Assembly: GCA_001643675.2 (NCBI GenBank)
Contig: LSRY02000027.1
Coordinates: forward strand, 1,178,001 to 1,242,000
Direction of reading: 5' to 3'
Length of the DNA stretch: 64,000 nt
Origin: Monocercomonoides exilis PA203
Taxonomy: Eukaryota; Protista; Preaxostyla
Shown here: piece after piece, positions 23,352-37,260 of the stretch
Layout: the number at the start of each line of letters is the position of its first letter
Numbering within the stretch: position 1 is the stretch's first letter
Notes under the pieces: model-generated
The model's database searches: none
Told to the model about the DNA's origin: nothing
The model's input: only the letters and a program-made list of their open reading frames with translations
Translations under genes and position numbers: made by a program

Positions 23352-26300
23352 TAATTTTTTGGGTCCCTATAAATTTCTGACCCTATTATTAAAAAAACAC
23401 ACAAAAAAATGAGTTCATTTATTGACAGATGTGTGATGTCTCAAAACTTGTTGAAAACCAAAAATGAATGTTTCCTGATAAAAAAATCCAATTTAATTTG
23501 AATCTGATTTGGTTTTTAAACCGTTGATGGTGAAAGAAAGATTGAATGAATTGTGTATTAAAAAAAGCTTGAAAGAACTTGTTTTCCCGAATGAATCTAA
23601 AGACTTTATAGTGGAAAATTTTCCATTATGTTTTGGATGCTTGATATGAAACAATAACAAACAATCGTAATTTTTTAAATATTAATGACATTCGAAAACA
23701 AAAAAACCTTTTATGGGAATTTTTTTCCCGCATGGAGAATTTTTTGTGTGCTTGATGTATTACAGTTGACTTCACTCATCATTTCATAGAAAATAACAAT
23801 CTGATGAATCAAAAGGAGGAAGAAATGTTTTCAGTTTGTTTATTAGGTTATTTTTCTAAAATTTTGAGTCTTCTTTTTTTTTCGAGTTATTGCATCAATT
23901 CAAGAAATTGTTTAGCCAAGATATTCTGTTGTTCAATGATGAATTTAAATATTATCTTTCCCAAAGAAATTGTGATAATCAACTTCTTTGTTATTTTGCA
24001 TTGTCCATTATTGTGTGAATATCGTAAAGAAAAAAATGCATACGAAAAAGAAATGTTTTCGTTTCATGAAACATCAAAAAATTAAAATATGATTCTTGTT
24101 TTCAATGATAATTCTTGAAACGTTTTGAACAAAAAGATGGAGGAAATATCGACAAGTGATTGATCAAAAAAATGAAACAAATAATTCAATATTCCATTTC
24201 AAGAGCAAGACATGAACAATTCTGTGTTTATTTGAATAATTGCTGACATCACACGGGATGAAGATATAATGTCAACTTTTTTTTCACTGAAATGAAAGAT
24301 TTTATTGATTTGTCAAATGATTTCAAATTCACATTGATCTTGCATGTAAAATAAAAACCAATTTTCTCAAAAAAGAAATAAATTATCATTTAAAGTTTAT
24401 ATTTTCCTGAATTCTATTCATAATTTCAAAAACATACAAACAGAAATGAAAAATAAAATTAGTATTTATTCTTTATGGATCATTCAGAATAGCAGCTCTT
24501 GAAATGTCAATCATCCAATTTTGATTTAAAAAAAAGAATTTTCAAAACGATTTCATTATTTAGAAATATTTCTTTTTCTCTTGATTTCCTATCTTTACAA
24601 AAAAACGATTCAGTCACAGATTTTGGAAAAATCCTTTGTTTTTTCATCAGTCAATTTTAGAGATGACAGTTAAAAAATTGTTATTATTGTTCTTATATTT
24701 CATTTTTTGATAAAATCTAACATCCATAGAACTGCTTTTAAAAAGAATATAAAAACAAAACTAATTTGTTTACAACAAACTGATAAGCAGAAAAATTGCA
24801 ACTGTTCAAATATTATGATTTTTTATCACATTATCCAGCAAAAAAGCACTTTTATTCAAAGTTTTCGTTCCTTTTTCCACATAAGTATCATTTATCTATT
24901 CTCTTTAAATTTTTAACATTTCAAAAATATTATCTATTTTATTTATTAAAATAAGATGTGTTTTTTTTGTGTATTGTGGACTTCAAACTGTGATTGAATG
25001 GAGTTTTTTTCATTAAGGAAAATGAAGAATGAAATATTGAGAATGAACGGTTTTTTCAAAAAAAGGCAACAATGTTTATAGATATCTTTTATTTCATAAA
25101 AAAAAAATGAGCCAGAATGAATTCAGGAGAAATGATAATATGCAACACAAATGCGCATTCTATTCAACTTTGTTGAAATTCAATTTCATTATAATTTGTT
25201 ATGTGACAATTTTAATTTGAAAAACCATAATAGATGTTTTGATCCCTGAAAAATCCAAACAAAAACCTATTTCTGGAGCAGCATCAAAAAAGATAAAATA
25301 AAAACAATTTTGCTCTTTCTTTTGCGATGGAGGTGCATCAGCAAAAGGATTTGAATGAGCTGTTTTTCAACGGAAGGAGCATCGTTATATTCGCGTTCAG
25401 CCAGAGCTGTTCAACAACCCAAGCAAACAAAATTCGGAAGAGTTGCAAAGCACTAAAGCAGAGTTTAATGACATTACCCCTTTGAGCAGTCAGAGCAAAA
25501 TTGCTGTCAACAGTGGAGCAGATGCAGATTTTTATTTTTACAAAACACAACAAACACCGTGTACCGCGACCGAGGACCCCCTTGAGAGCTCTACCATTTT
25601 TTTTTTTCGATGTTATCTTTAATAGCCCATGAATCTTTTATGCTTGCAAGTGAAGTCGAAAAGATTTCTGAACGTTCAACAGTTTTCCAAGTCAATATCC
25701 AATTCAATGTCCAATTCAATTCAATCCTTCGTTCTTCGTTGAGCGTTCTCCCATTTTAATTGTAGTTTTATTGGATTTGCTGAAAATGCATTGATTGCTT
25801 ATTATTGAAAGGAACAATGATTGGAACAGCAATTGGCATCAACCACACAGCATTCGTTGTGAGGTTTGAATTATTTATTCTTTCATTCTGTGCCATTCGC
25901 TTTCGCATTATCTTTCCCTTTTTAGGCATTTTTGAATGAGGGCTTTTTGAAGATATGCCAGATTTTATCAAAGACGCATGATTTGTCGGAAAACCTCTGG
26001 TATTTTTGTGGTTCCATATTGGAAGAAATTGCATGGGAAGAAAAGGCAACATTATTTGAGCAATTGAAAATGAATTATGCGAATGAAGAATTCAAAGAAT
26101 ACAAAGAAGAAGAAGAAGGAAAAGAGAGTGAAAGGATTGGGGTTGATGGGAGGGAGAAGGAAAGTGATGGAGGCAGAACGAATGAAGGAAGGAAAGCGAG
26201 GAGAAAGAGATTGTGAAGGCAGAAGAGGCAGATAGGTGTGATTGTTGGAATTTCGCAATGAAAATGCTGAGTTGGTGAAGAAGGACAAATTGTGTGCTTG

Positions 26301-27597
26301 TTTGTTTGCAAATGAAATTGATTTTTTTTTCTTTTTTTTGAATGATAAAAAATTTGAAGAAATGTTTGAAAAAGCAAAAAGATAGAATTATTATTATTAT
26401 TATTATTATTTCCTTTTCTCTTTTGAAAAATGTATTTTTATGAGTTCCAATAACAATTTATAAAATGTATTTATGTATTTGTTTGCAATCTTTTCATTAT
26501 TTCTAATTTTTCTCAAAGAATCTGTTCAGAAAAAGTTCAAATTTCATGTGCTTTTTAATCAGAACAAAGGATTTCTGAAAAACATCTTTTGTCGATGAGA
26601 AGAGCAGATGAGTATATTTGAATGACAAACATTGGCTGATGGCACAAAATGAATGGGAAAAATAAAAATTAATAAAAAAAAGAAAGAAAAGAAAAATTGA
26701 GAAAGAGAAAGAAAGAGGAGGACGAACAAAAGAGAAGAGCTTATTTGGATGTTTGTGGGAAAGAATAAAGACGAAGACGAGAGAAAAGGCAAAAGAGAAT
26801 GAGAATATGAAGGGTGGAATGGAGAAGAGAGGAAGAGAAGAGGAAAAAGGAGAAGAAGAAAGGAGAAAAAAAAAGATAAGAGAGAAGAGGAAGAGAAAGA
26901 AAGAGGGAGAAGAAGAGAAAAAAAAAAAGAAGAAGAAATATTATTGTCTCATATTTACCAGCGAAGAGATGAGAAAATGATGAAAAAAGACTTGCCAATC
27001 AAATTGCATCGAGAGAGGAGACATTTTATGGTTCGAAAGAACACTTTTTCAAGAGCAATTATTGTGGGTGTGTGTTTTGATGTGGCCTTTATTGTCTTTT
27101 GTTCCTTTATTGGATAGATATTTCTGTTTGATGAGTTTCTTTTTTTATTTTCAATATGTTCAATGCTTCAAACTTGAAGAATCCGACTTTTTCTGAAAAA
27201 ACCAAATTTTATCTGATAATATTTTTTTTCAATTTCTGTTCAAGTGATTCTTGAAAGATTCTTGTTTTTTTGAAGCATTCATTTGAGCATACACATCTCT
27301 TGATTTTCACCTTCTTATTTTTTGTTTATTTTTATTTTATTTTATTTTATTTTATTTTTTTTTTTTTTGTGAAAAATAATCACATGCAGCATCAAATGCC
27401 GATTCATACCCCGAAAGAACCGAAGAAATTGCGTGCTATGAAAGTGTCTTTGATGTTTTCCAAATGCTCTCAAAATGATTGTTGCAAGAAGGATTTTTAT
27501 CTTTTTCAAATTGTTTTTCAAAAACAATTATTAAGGGTCATTTTGATCATCCGGAAAACATTAAAAATTTTCACATCAAAATTTATTATCATTCCGC

Positions 27598-30500
27598 ATG
27601 AGAATGCATTTGTGCATTTTGGTATGTTTGATTCTTGGGAAGACGTTTGAAGCGCAGCATGTCTCTGGAGCTGCCACATTGGAGAACAAAGGTTTTCTTT
27701 CGAATAAATATTTTTTTCATTAATCGTGTTTATTTTTGTCAAGGAAACTCAAATGATGCACAATATCTATCAGAGACCGATAGCAATTATTTATTTGAAC
27801 AGAATTCATTGTCAGGAGTGAAAACACCGCAGTCAGGTCTTTCTACAGTGAAAAACACACTTTTGGGATTTCGCAATTCTACAGTTGAACTGAAAAATTT
27901 GGCACTTGGACATTCTTCCTCGCCATTAATGCTAATAACAGATAAATCGAGTGTTGTGTTGGATTCCTGCATTTCCCACCAAAAATCAACATCTCCGTTT
28001 AATTTGAATATCGGATCAATCTACCTCACAAACATGACTTTGATCCCCCCAAAGAACCTGAACCCTTCCAGCCTCATATTTTCATCTGATGATTCAAATT
28101 CTGTTATTTTGAGAAACTCCATCATGGCAGATCTGTTTGTGTCATCCTCAGACTATTTCCTATTGTCTGGAAAGAGCCAAAGTGAACAGATTAATAACTG
28201 TGCATTCAAGAACATTTCTGTGAAATATGCCTCGAATTGCGATCATTTTGTGGAACATTCATGTTTCCGAAGTTCAATGGAGAATTGCCTCATTTATTCG
28301 TGTGTGAATGCCTTTGAAGGAGGGATCTCGAGTGGATCCTATTCTTCATACGAATTTATCTGCAGAAACACAACTATTCACAAAGGGAATAGAGAAATGA
28401 ATGCTCTTGAGAAAAAAGGTCAGATGAATTTGACAGATAGCCAATCATTTTCGTTGTGCGAATGGGAAGATTGCACAGCACCACAAGGAGGGGCTCTTTA
28501 TGTTCATGATAATGATAATGCTATTCTTTCTGTGAAGAATTCTTCTTTTGTTAGATGCAATGCATCATCTACAAAAGGTGGTGGAATATATGCTTTGAAT
28601 ATCGCAGAATGCATTGTTATTCATTCTTCATTCGTCCAATGTTCTGCTGCAGCAACAACAAATGCTGGAGGAGGAGGAATTATGGAAGAGAACATCTATG
28701 TTCAAACAATTGTCGATGATTGCTCTTTTAAAAACTGTTCTTCGGGAAACGATGGAGGGGCAATTAACCTAAATCCGACAATGACAAAAAACCAGAAAGA
28801 ATGCATAACAAATTCAATATTTGTATTTTGTTTAGCCAATAGCTCTGGAGATGGAAGCAGCGGAGCGATTGAGCATTGGAATCCAAAGGACAAAGTCATT
28901 GTTACTAATTGTCTCTTTTGCCATTGTCACTCGATGTGTGGAGGAGGTGCAATCTGTCAATTAATAAATACGAAAAATAATGGGATTTTGTTTTATTACT
29001 GCTTTTTCCACAATAATTCTTGCGAACAAGGCGGACACGACATTGCTCTTCAAGGCTCATCAAAAAACAACATTGATTCCACCTGTTATTCTACCAGACA
29101 AACATCAAACAGAGTCAGTTCAGATTATTCAAAAATAGTTGATCACAGTGAATGGCTGCGAAATGATTTTGGAAGAATAAGATATATCTCCTCGGTGCAA
29201 ACAGAACCAAATTCCATTGACACATATGCATGCGGGTTGGATGAAAGCCATCCTTGCAACACAATCAGCCATTGCCTTACTCAGCTGATTCCAGAATTTG
29301 TCACAGATATTGAGATACTCACAGGAACAATTACAGAATCCAAGAACGTGGATTGTGGAATTAACACTTTCACAATATATGGCCAATGTGATTCGACAAC
29401 AACTGTGCAGACAGAATTTGAAACATCAGGGTTATCTCTTTTTTCAGTCTCCACAGGCACATTGACTGTTAGTGACCTTATTCTTGTGCATGACTCGGCT
29501 CATCCGAATAACCGTGGGTCAAGGCTATTTGAGATCACTGGAGCAGGAGAGATGAGGACCAGCAGACTGAACATATCTTTTGGGAGCGGACAATCAACAG
29601 AAACAGCTTTTTCGACAGAGCTGATTAATGTGCAGAATGGGATGTTTCAGATGGAACATGTGAGCTGGGCAAAGACGATCCTCACAACTTCACTGTTTTC
29701 TCTTTCTTCGACAAATGAAATTTCGTTGACACTTTCAGAGTGCATCTTTGATGGAATTGAGAGAACAACAAGCGGAGCAGCTGTGATGTCGTTTTCGAAT
29801 GATAAGGTGAACATTGATCTGAATTTGAGCACTTTTGAAAGAAGTGGAAGCACAACATCTGATAATGGAGGATCGATGATGCTATGTGTTGGGAATGAAA
29901 ATGAAGTGAAAGTGAAAGGTGGCAATTTTGATGGGTGCTTTTGCTCAACATCCAATGGTCTTGGGGGTGGAATCCTCCTTCGATTATCGAATGAAAATCC
30001 CAATTTCCTGATATCCTCTTCATTCGGAACAAACGCAGCCAAATGGGGAAAAGATATTTTTGTCATTTCACCCAATTTGGAAGTGATCGCAAAGTCACAA
30101 AAAATCACAAGCGTGATAGCCTCTTTGGATTCTTTTGATAAGGTGCAAGGATATGACAATGGAAACACCAGTGTGGTCATTCCTCTGTGCATCTATCTCC
30201 TTCCTATACCAGAAGAAGTATATGTGAGCAATTCCGAGGCATCTGATCATTCTCATTGTGGAATTGTCCAATTCCCTTGTTTGACAATGAAACACTCCAT
30301 TAAACGTCAAACAGAAGAAAAGAAAGTTGTTGTGAGTGGAATGATTTCGATGGGCGATGAATTGGCCTTAGCTGATCAGAAACATGAAATAAGAGGAAAT
30401 GATGATAAAAGTGGTTGGACAGTATTTGATGAAAGTGAAACATCAAACTCGGCAATGATAACAGCAAGAATTGAAACAGTCTTGTCAAAACTCATCTTTT

Positions 30501-33500
30501 CTCTTCCTCCTTCTCTTTCATCACACTCCATTTTCATTTCATCTTCTTCTTCTCAAGTGAATCTGTCTCAATGTTCTCTTTCTCTTCAAAATCCATCATC
30601 AGAATTGACATTTCTGTTCTTGTCTGTTGAGTCAGGGATCCTGATAATCGACAAATTCTCAGCTTCATCGATTGATTTGAGGAGAAATCCATTGATATCG
30701 CTTTCTGGAAGTGGAACAAATACCGAGTTGATGAGCACTCTGTGGTTGAACATGACAAAAAGCAATTACACAAAAATAGAAAGAGAAGGTGGAAGTGGAG
30801 GCTGTGTGAGCATTGACAACAGCGATGATGAAAATACGAACACACAAATAAATATTGAAGAATGTGATTTTGATGGATGCTCTGTGCTGGCTGATGAAGG
30901 CAGAGGAGGGGCTATCAATGCAAAGTTGAAAGGGAACATTCAAATGAATATTGTTTCGTGCACATTCACAGGATGCACAGCACCAGCTGGAGAAAAGAAG
31001 ATTGGCTTTGGTGGAGGGATGGCACTGAAGCTGATTGATGAATATTCTTCATTTGTGATATCGTCCCCCGTTTTTGACTCAGAAAAATCAAATATTGCAA
31101 AATACGGAAATGATCTATTTGTTGAGTCATTCAACTTAACAAACAGCATTACAAATGACTCACTTCCATTTGTATCTGAGCATTTAAATGATATTTCGTT
31201 GGATTCAATGAGAGGCTTTGATGGAAATGATACAACGAATGCCATTCCACTGGTTTATTTCTGGATCTCACTTGACTTAGAGATATTTGTTGGAGGTGAA
31301 GGAAAAGATATGGGTGCCTGTGGATTCTCAGATTATCCTTGTCTGTCAATTGATTATTCATTGGATCGGTTGGCCGAAGGAAATGAAAGGATTATCAGCA
31401 TCATTGGGAAAGGAATACTCCAAAAATGTGTTGATATCAGCGGAGTTTCAATAAAATCAAATGATGAAGAAATGTGTTCATTTGAATATCGCTCATCACT
31501 TGAAGGAACAGAGGAAGAAGCAATGAAGATTTCTGGAATTACCAATTTCGAACAGATGAACTTTGTGATTCCTTCTTCATTCACAAGTGGAGTGAATGTC
31601 CTGATGCATGTTGGCGCAAGCGATGGGCTGTTGATTCTGAAAGACTGCTCATTCACAAAAATGGAAGAAAGTGGAGAAGACATGATCAACTTTGGGCTGA
31701 TCAGAGCAGATGGAGGAACTGTTCAATTGGAATTTGTGATAATCCAATCATTTTGCTTTTCAAAAGATATTATTTCTTTGCTATCATCAACGATTTTGAG
31801 TATCAAAAACATAACGATGAAGAATGTTGATCTGGAGGGAGCAAGTGGATTGGCCATATCAAAGAGTTCAAGAAGAGAGAGAAATGAAGACAAACAAGAT
31901 GTTGTTGTTGAGTGGAGTCTATTCGAAGAAGTGACTCAAAACACAACAGAAAACATCTCGATCATTCGAAATGAAAATGATAATCCATTGAAAATAGTGA
32001 TTCGAAACACAACGATGAAGAAATGTGGAGGGTTGAAGTGCGGAAAGGGGGGAGGGATGCTTTGTGTGTTGAATGAGGGAGGAAGCTTCGACTGCTCGTT
32101 TTGCACGATTTCTGAGTGCTTCTGCTCCACCACAGGAAGAGGTGGTTGGCTGTTTCTGGAATGCACATCTGTATCTGAGAAACCTCTGAATTTTGTTCTG
32201 TCGAACATCACATTCAGAGACAATTCAGCGTTCAGAGGGAGAGATGTGTATGTGAGATGCCATTCGATTGAAACACAAATTGTTGAAGAGCAATTCTTGC
32301 TGGATTTCAGATTGCCATTTGTGAAGGATCTGGCAATGTGGGGATGCACAACAGACTCCTTTGTGGGAGAAGAAGATCTTCTTCTGAGAGTCGTTAGATA
32401 CCAGAGCGAGACGATATTTGTGTCTTCTGCAGATGAAAACTCGGAAGACAGCAAGCAATGTGGAGAGTTTCATTTTCCTTGTGAGTCATTGGATGTTGGA
32501 GTGCAACACATCATCCCTTCACGCTATTCGCAGCTGTTGATATCAGAGCAAACAATCATCAACGGAGAATGCAGTGTGCATGATGTGATCATCCGCTCAC
32601 TTGAATCTCCCTCAACTGCTTTTGTGCATCTGAACTCAACAATTAATATCAATGAGGGAAATCTTATCACAACTTCCGAGAAAGTTCGGATTGAGAGTGT
32701 GAAATTCAATATTGGCCATTCATTTTCCTATTCAGGCAGTTCTCTTATCCATGAAGCAAAAGGCCAGCTGTCTCTTTCATTTGTTGATTTTTCTTCGACA
32801 TTTGCATCAGAAAACATTGAAGCTGTTGTTATCAACTCATCATTGCTGAGCGTCGAAAATGGAACCGTGCATGTTGACAACTGCTCAGTGTCATTCCTTT
32901 CATTCAAGAAGCCTTCGTTCCTGTTCAGTGGCAAAGAGATATCATTGATGAATGTGAAACTGGAACAGATTGAAGCAACAACAAATGTATTTGAGATTGG
33001 ACAATGCAAAGAAGTTGTATTAAATAGAATTGATACAAATGGAGTGAATCTGTCTGAAGGTTGCATCATTGTGATAAACGATTTGCCATCAGGAACAGTT
33101 TCTATTGGAATCTCCTCATTCAACAACTGTTCAAGACATTCAGAAAGCGCTTCAATTCTCTCAGCTTCATCAACGTCTGCTCATTTGGAGTTTTCAAACT
33201 GTTCTTGCACAAATTGCAATTCCTTGTCTGACAAAGGAAGTGTTGTTGAGGTTTATGATATGAAGGATGTTTCGATGCACATGTGTGAGTTTGAAGGAGT
33301 GCAAATAAAAGAAATTGAAAAAGAGAGAAATAATAATAATGAAGAAATATGTGAATGGAATGGATCACTTGTCCATTCAGCAAATTCTTCGTTGGTAATG
33401 AAGGATGTGATTATTTTGAATTCTTCATCAGGCGGATTATCCATATCTTCTGGAGATGTGACAATGGAGAAAGGAGAGTTTATGAACAACAATCCTCACA

Positions 33501-35350
33501 TTGAAAAATACCCTTCTCTTCGTCGAAACATCATTTGCTCGGGTCCTTCCTCACTGACCATTTCAAGCTTGAAAGGAGGAGATGGGGTTAAAGATAATTC
33601 TTCTCTTTGGATTTTGAATGATGGATGCACACTTGGAGGGATAGCAGGAGAAAGGTCATCTCCTTTCTTTATTCCAAAATTGGAAGATGTTTCAGTGAAT
33701 GAAAATGGCAGAGATATTGTTTTGAAATTCAAGGGATCTCTTTTTGTTCCATGTGACTTGTCATTTAGACTTGTGTATAAAACAGGAGACGTGGAGTTGG
33801 TTGAGACATATCAGTTTGAGGAAGACAGTTTCATATCAGAAACTGAGGTGATTGGAAGAGTTCCATCAGAAAATATTTCAACGATTGGGGATGAGACGGA
33901 GGTATCTGTGATGATTTTGTTTGGAAAGCAATTGGCTTCGACTTCTCCACAGATTCTGAAGAATGCAAGTGAAGCAAAGACAAATGGAGATGAAAGGGTT
34001 GTTGAAGGAGGAAAAGAAGGGAAATCTTATTGGATATTGATAGTGATAATTATGGCAGTTATTCTTTTGATTGTTCTCATTGCACTTGTGATATTCGTAT
34101 CCAGATGGAGATATTCAAAAGAAGAAGCTAAAAAATACAAGGAGATTGTTAATGATAATATCAGAAAAGATCCAAAGGCGTTTGAGATGGTGACAATGGA
34201 GATGTCGCCTGAGGAGCAGTGGAGGAAGGCAGAGAGAGAGGCAGAGAAGAAGAACGATGAGAGGATGAAGAAGAGAATATTTGACACGAATATGGAACAC
34301 TCGGATTCTTCAGAGCATCTGCTGTCTGAGAGTGGCTCCACTGAATACATTCTGGGGAGAGACTCAGACAACATTCCCGATTGGGCGTTGGAGAAAGTTG
34401 AGGAAGAGGAAATAAGAAAGCAGACTCCATCGCCTTCTATTTCATCCACTTCAACCACAGATACTTCAGACACAGAATCCACTTTTGTTCGAGGGGAGGA
34501 TCTGTGCCCAACAACCTCATCCATGTCAAACTTGGTGGATGCAATGGCCTGCTCATCTCCTCATGAGAAACTGATTGTGGATCTGAGGGATTCGCTGTTC
34601 ATGTTGTTGCATGGAAGGAATGAAAAGAAGGAAATGCAGATTGGCACATTGAAAGAAAGAGAACATACAGCTGCCCAGATCCTGTTTTGGGTGGCAAATC
34701 TCGCTCTCCATTCGTTTGATGAAATGGAAAACCCTCTTCAATCTCTTTCCAATCTGAGTCCGCACATTGTGTTGTTCTCAGAACACATGGTTATCTGCAT
34801 TGTCATGCACTCAGACCTTTTATCAGATGATTCAGACTCGTCTTCCATCTCTTCATCAACTGTTGTGACATCTGCCAGCGATGATGACGATGATGAAGAC
34901 TCTCTGCCTTCATCTGCATTTGAAGACGATGATTATTACAAAAAAGAGTGCATGAGGTGGAAGGCACCAGAACTGTTGATCAACAAGAAGATGAGAGCAA
35001 CAAAGGAGTCAGTTGCATTCTCGATCGGGATGATGCTGTGGGAGTGCTTGACGCTCCAGATCCCGTTTGGCGATTATGAGGCAGAGGTGGCAGGACAGAA
35101 GATTGTGAATGGAGAAAGACCGAACATGGAGATAATCAGTGTATCTCGAATGAAGGGAATGGTTGAAAAAGCGATGAGCATGAACGCAGAGCATCGCCAC
35201 TCGTTGGCACAGATCAAGCGGGAGTTTGTGGAATTGTTTCCGCAAAGTGCAATGGTATTCACAATGACAGATGCGATCTGTTTGGTGGAAAGAAGTGAGA
35301 GAATTGAATCTGCAAACGAAAGAGAATCTGGAGATGTATTTAATTTGTGA
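27598..35350 (+). CDS. Large type-I membrane receptor-like protein: beta-helix/Pmp-like ectodomain, TM, degenerate tyrosine-kinase-like C-lobe; join(27598..27691,27744..35350), ~2566 aa
   Basis: Exon 1 MRMHLCILVCLILGKTFEA is signal-peptide-like, and a 52-nt GT-AG intron joins it in frame to the long ORF. There are GGA(I/L) repeats, four CG-x4/5-PC-led modules, a TM YWILIVIIMAVILLIVLIALVIFV (~34028-34099), and RWKAPELL, FSIGMMLWECLTLQIPF and GERP motifs. Confidence 0.9.
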
Positions 35351-36689
35351 TGATATTTGTTGGCTTTGAATTGTTTGGTTTTGAAGTGATGTTGTTTGAT
35401 CAAAATTGTTTTCCTGTCTATCTTTGACTGTTATTCTTCTGTTATTCTCTGTTTGTTCATGATCAAATATGGACTTTGGAATATGTATTTTTTGGAAAAG
35501 AAATAAAAAATAGAATAATTGTGTGGTTTTATGTTTTCATGTGGAGTTTTCAGTTATTTGTTTTTGTTGAAATTGTGTGAAACACTTCTTTTTGAGAGAG
35601 TTGAAGAATTGATTTATTTATTCGCTTGTGCATTCCCTGATGAGAATCTCAGGCCTCTGCACGTCATTCAGTATTCGCAAATTATTTTTCAATGTTTTTG
35701 TGAAAAATCTGACTTTTATTTCTTCATTTGTGTTTTTTCGTAATTTTCAGAATGTTGGAAGTTGAAAGAGATTTTTCATTGTTAAACAACCAACCGCAAT
35801 AGAAATATTGCTTCAAAAATTTCACTATTTGCATTTGCTCTGTTCTGTTTTGTTGCAATTCTGATCAAAGATTAGCATTTGAAATTATTTTTTCCAGATT
35901 TTAAAAAACCTCTTAATTTTTTGGTTAACCTTTTTTCGTTGCTTGTTGTTCATCACAAATTTGTATATTCATGAAACTCTTTCACATTTGTAACTCAATT
36001 GTTTATATTTCAAATTCATCTCATGTTTTCATTCACCCAATTTGTTTTTTTGGTTAAATTAATTTCACAATTCAAACAAATGATAAAATCTTGTTTCAAA
36101 GAAAGTTGAAAAACAAACTTTGTCAGCAAGCAAACAGATTCCAATTGCCTTTTTGAGATCCAGGAGATGAGTGATTATCAAGTGCCAAGCTTCAATCTGT
36201 CCAAAAACAATCTTTCCAATAACTCAATCGCAACACAACATCCAATTCAACCTTTGAATGACGAGCCAGAGATTTTGTTCGTATCCAACGAAATACACTC
36301 TGATATTGTTTGATTTTTCTTTTTTTTAAAAAAAAAAAAGATTCAAATCGAACGATATAATTTTGTTGATTTTTTCTTTTTTCTCATTTAAAAAAAATCA
36401 AAAATTATAAAATAGAATCAAAGTCAAAAAAATTACGAATAAGGATTAAAAGAAAGAATTGCTTCACAACTTCTTTTGAAACAATATTTATTAAACCAAT
36501 AATATATTGATTGCTTAAATTAATTTATGGTTTTAAAAAATAAGCAAGCAAAACGTTTTCTTTTGTTCATTCCTCTCAAAAAGTAACGCCAAATCACCAT
36601 TCCAGCGTTGAGACTCAGCTCCAACAGCAAATGGAGCACAGAATTGTAGAACAGAAAATGCAACCAAGAACAACAACTGTCTCAATTAT

Positions 36690-37260
36690 TCTCCATGTTC
36701 CAAAAGAACTTGTATGGAATCTTCTGCGAATACACTTCGTTCTTCTTTAGTTTCATCGTTGATATGTTATTCTTCCTTAATATCATCTTCCTCCTCCACC
36801 TCCCCTGCCCTCTCCCTCTCTCTCACCAACTGCACCATGACCAACATCAACTCAGAACAGTTCAGCCAACAGACTGCCACCGATGGCGAGTGCATCTCAT
36901 TCACCTCATCTTCGCCTGCCAACACATTTTCTGTGAGGAATTCGACCTTCTCCACCTGCTCAGTGAGTGAGGATACAAGTTCTGGAGGAAGAGGCGGTGC
37001 TCTCATGATCGAGTACAACCATGGCTCACAAGTGTCGTCAACAACCTTTTCCATCACCAATATCGTGTTTTCAGCCAACAAGGCCTGTGTCGGAAGGGAT
37101 ATGCATTTTGTGTGTGAATCATTTGTCGCTTCTGTGAAGGAACCCTTGTTCGCCTTCATGACAAGCATCACTCAGAAAGACAATTCGGTTGTTGAACATG
37201 ACAGAACAGAAGCATTCGGTAATTGGAACGTCGATTAATAAATCTTTATCAACGGGCATA
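36690..37260 (+). pseudogene. Fragment of a beta-helix ectodomain gene
   Basis: NSTFSTCSV...GGRGGALMI...FSANKACVGRDMHFVC resembles the module ends of the 27.6-kb protein (GRGGWLFL...NSAFRGRDVYVRC). No intact start or end. Confidence 0.7.

Noticed and set aside
27635-27743. ORF-track N-terminus (TTG start) of the 2571-aa ORF
   Set aside because: It reads through an intron. The ATG at 27598 gives a signal peptide and an in-frame splice.
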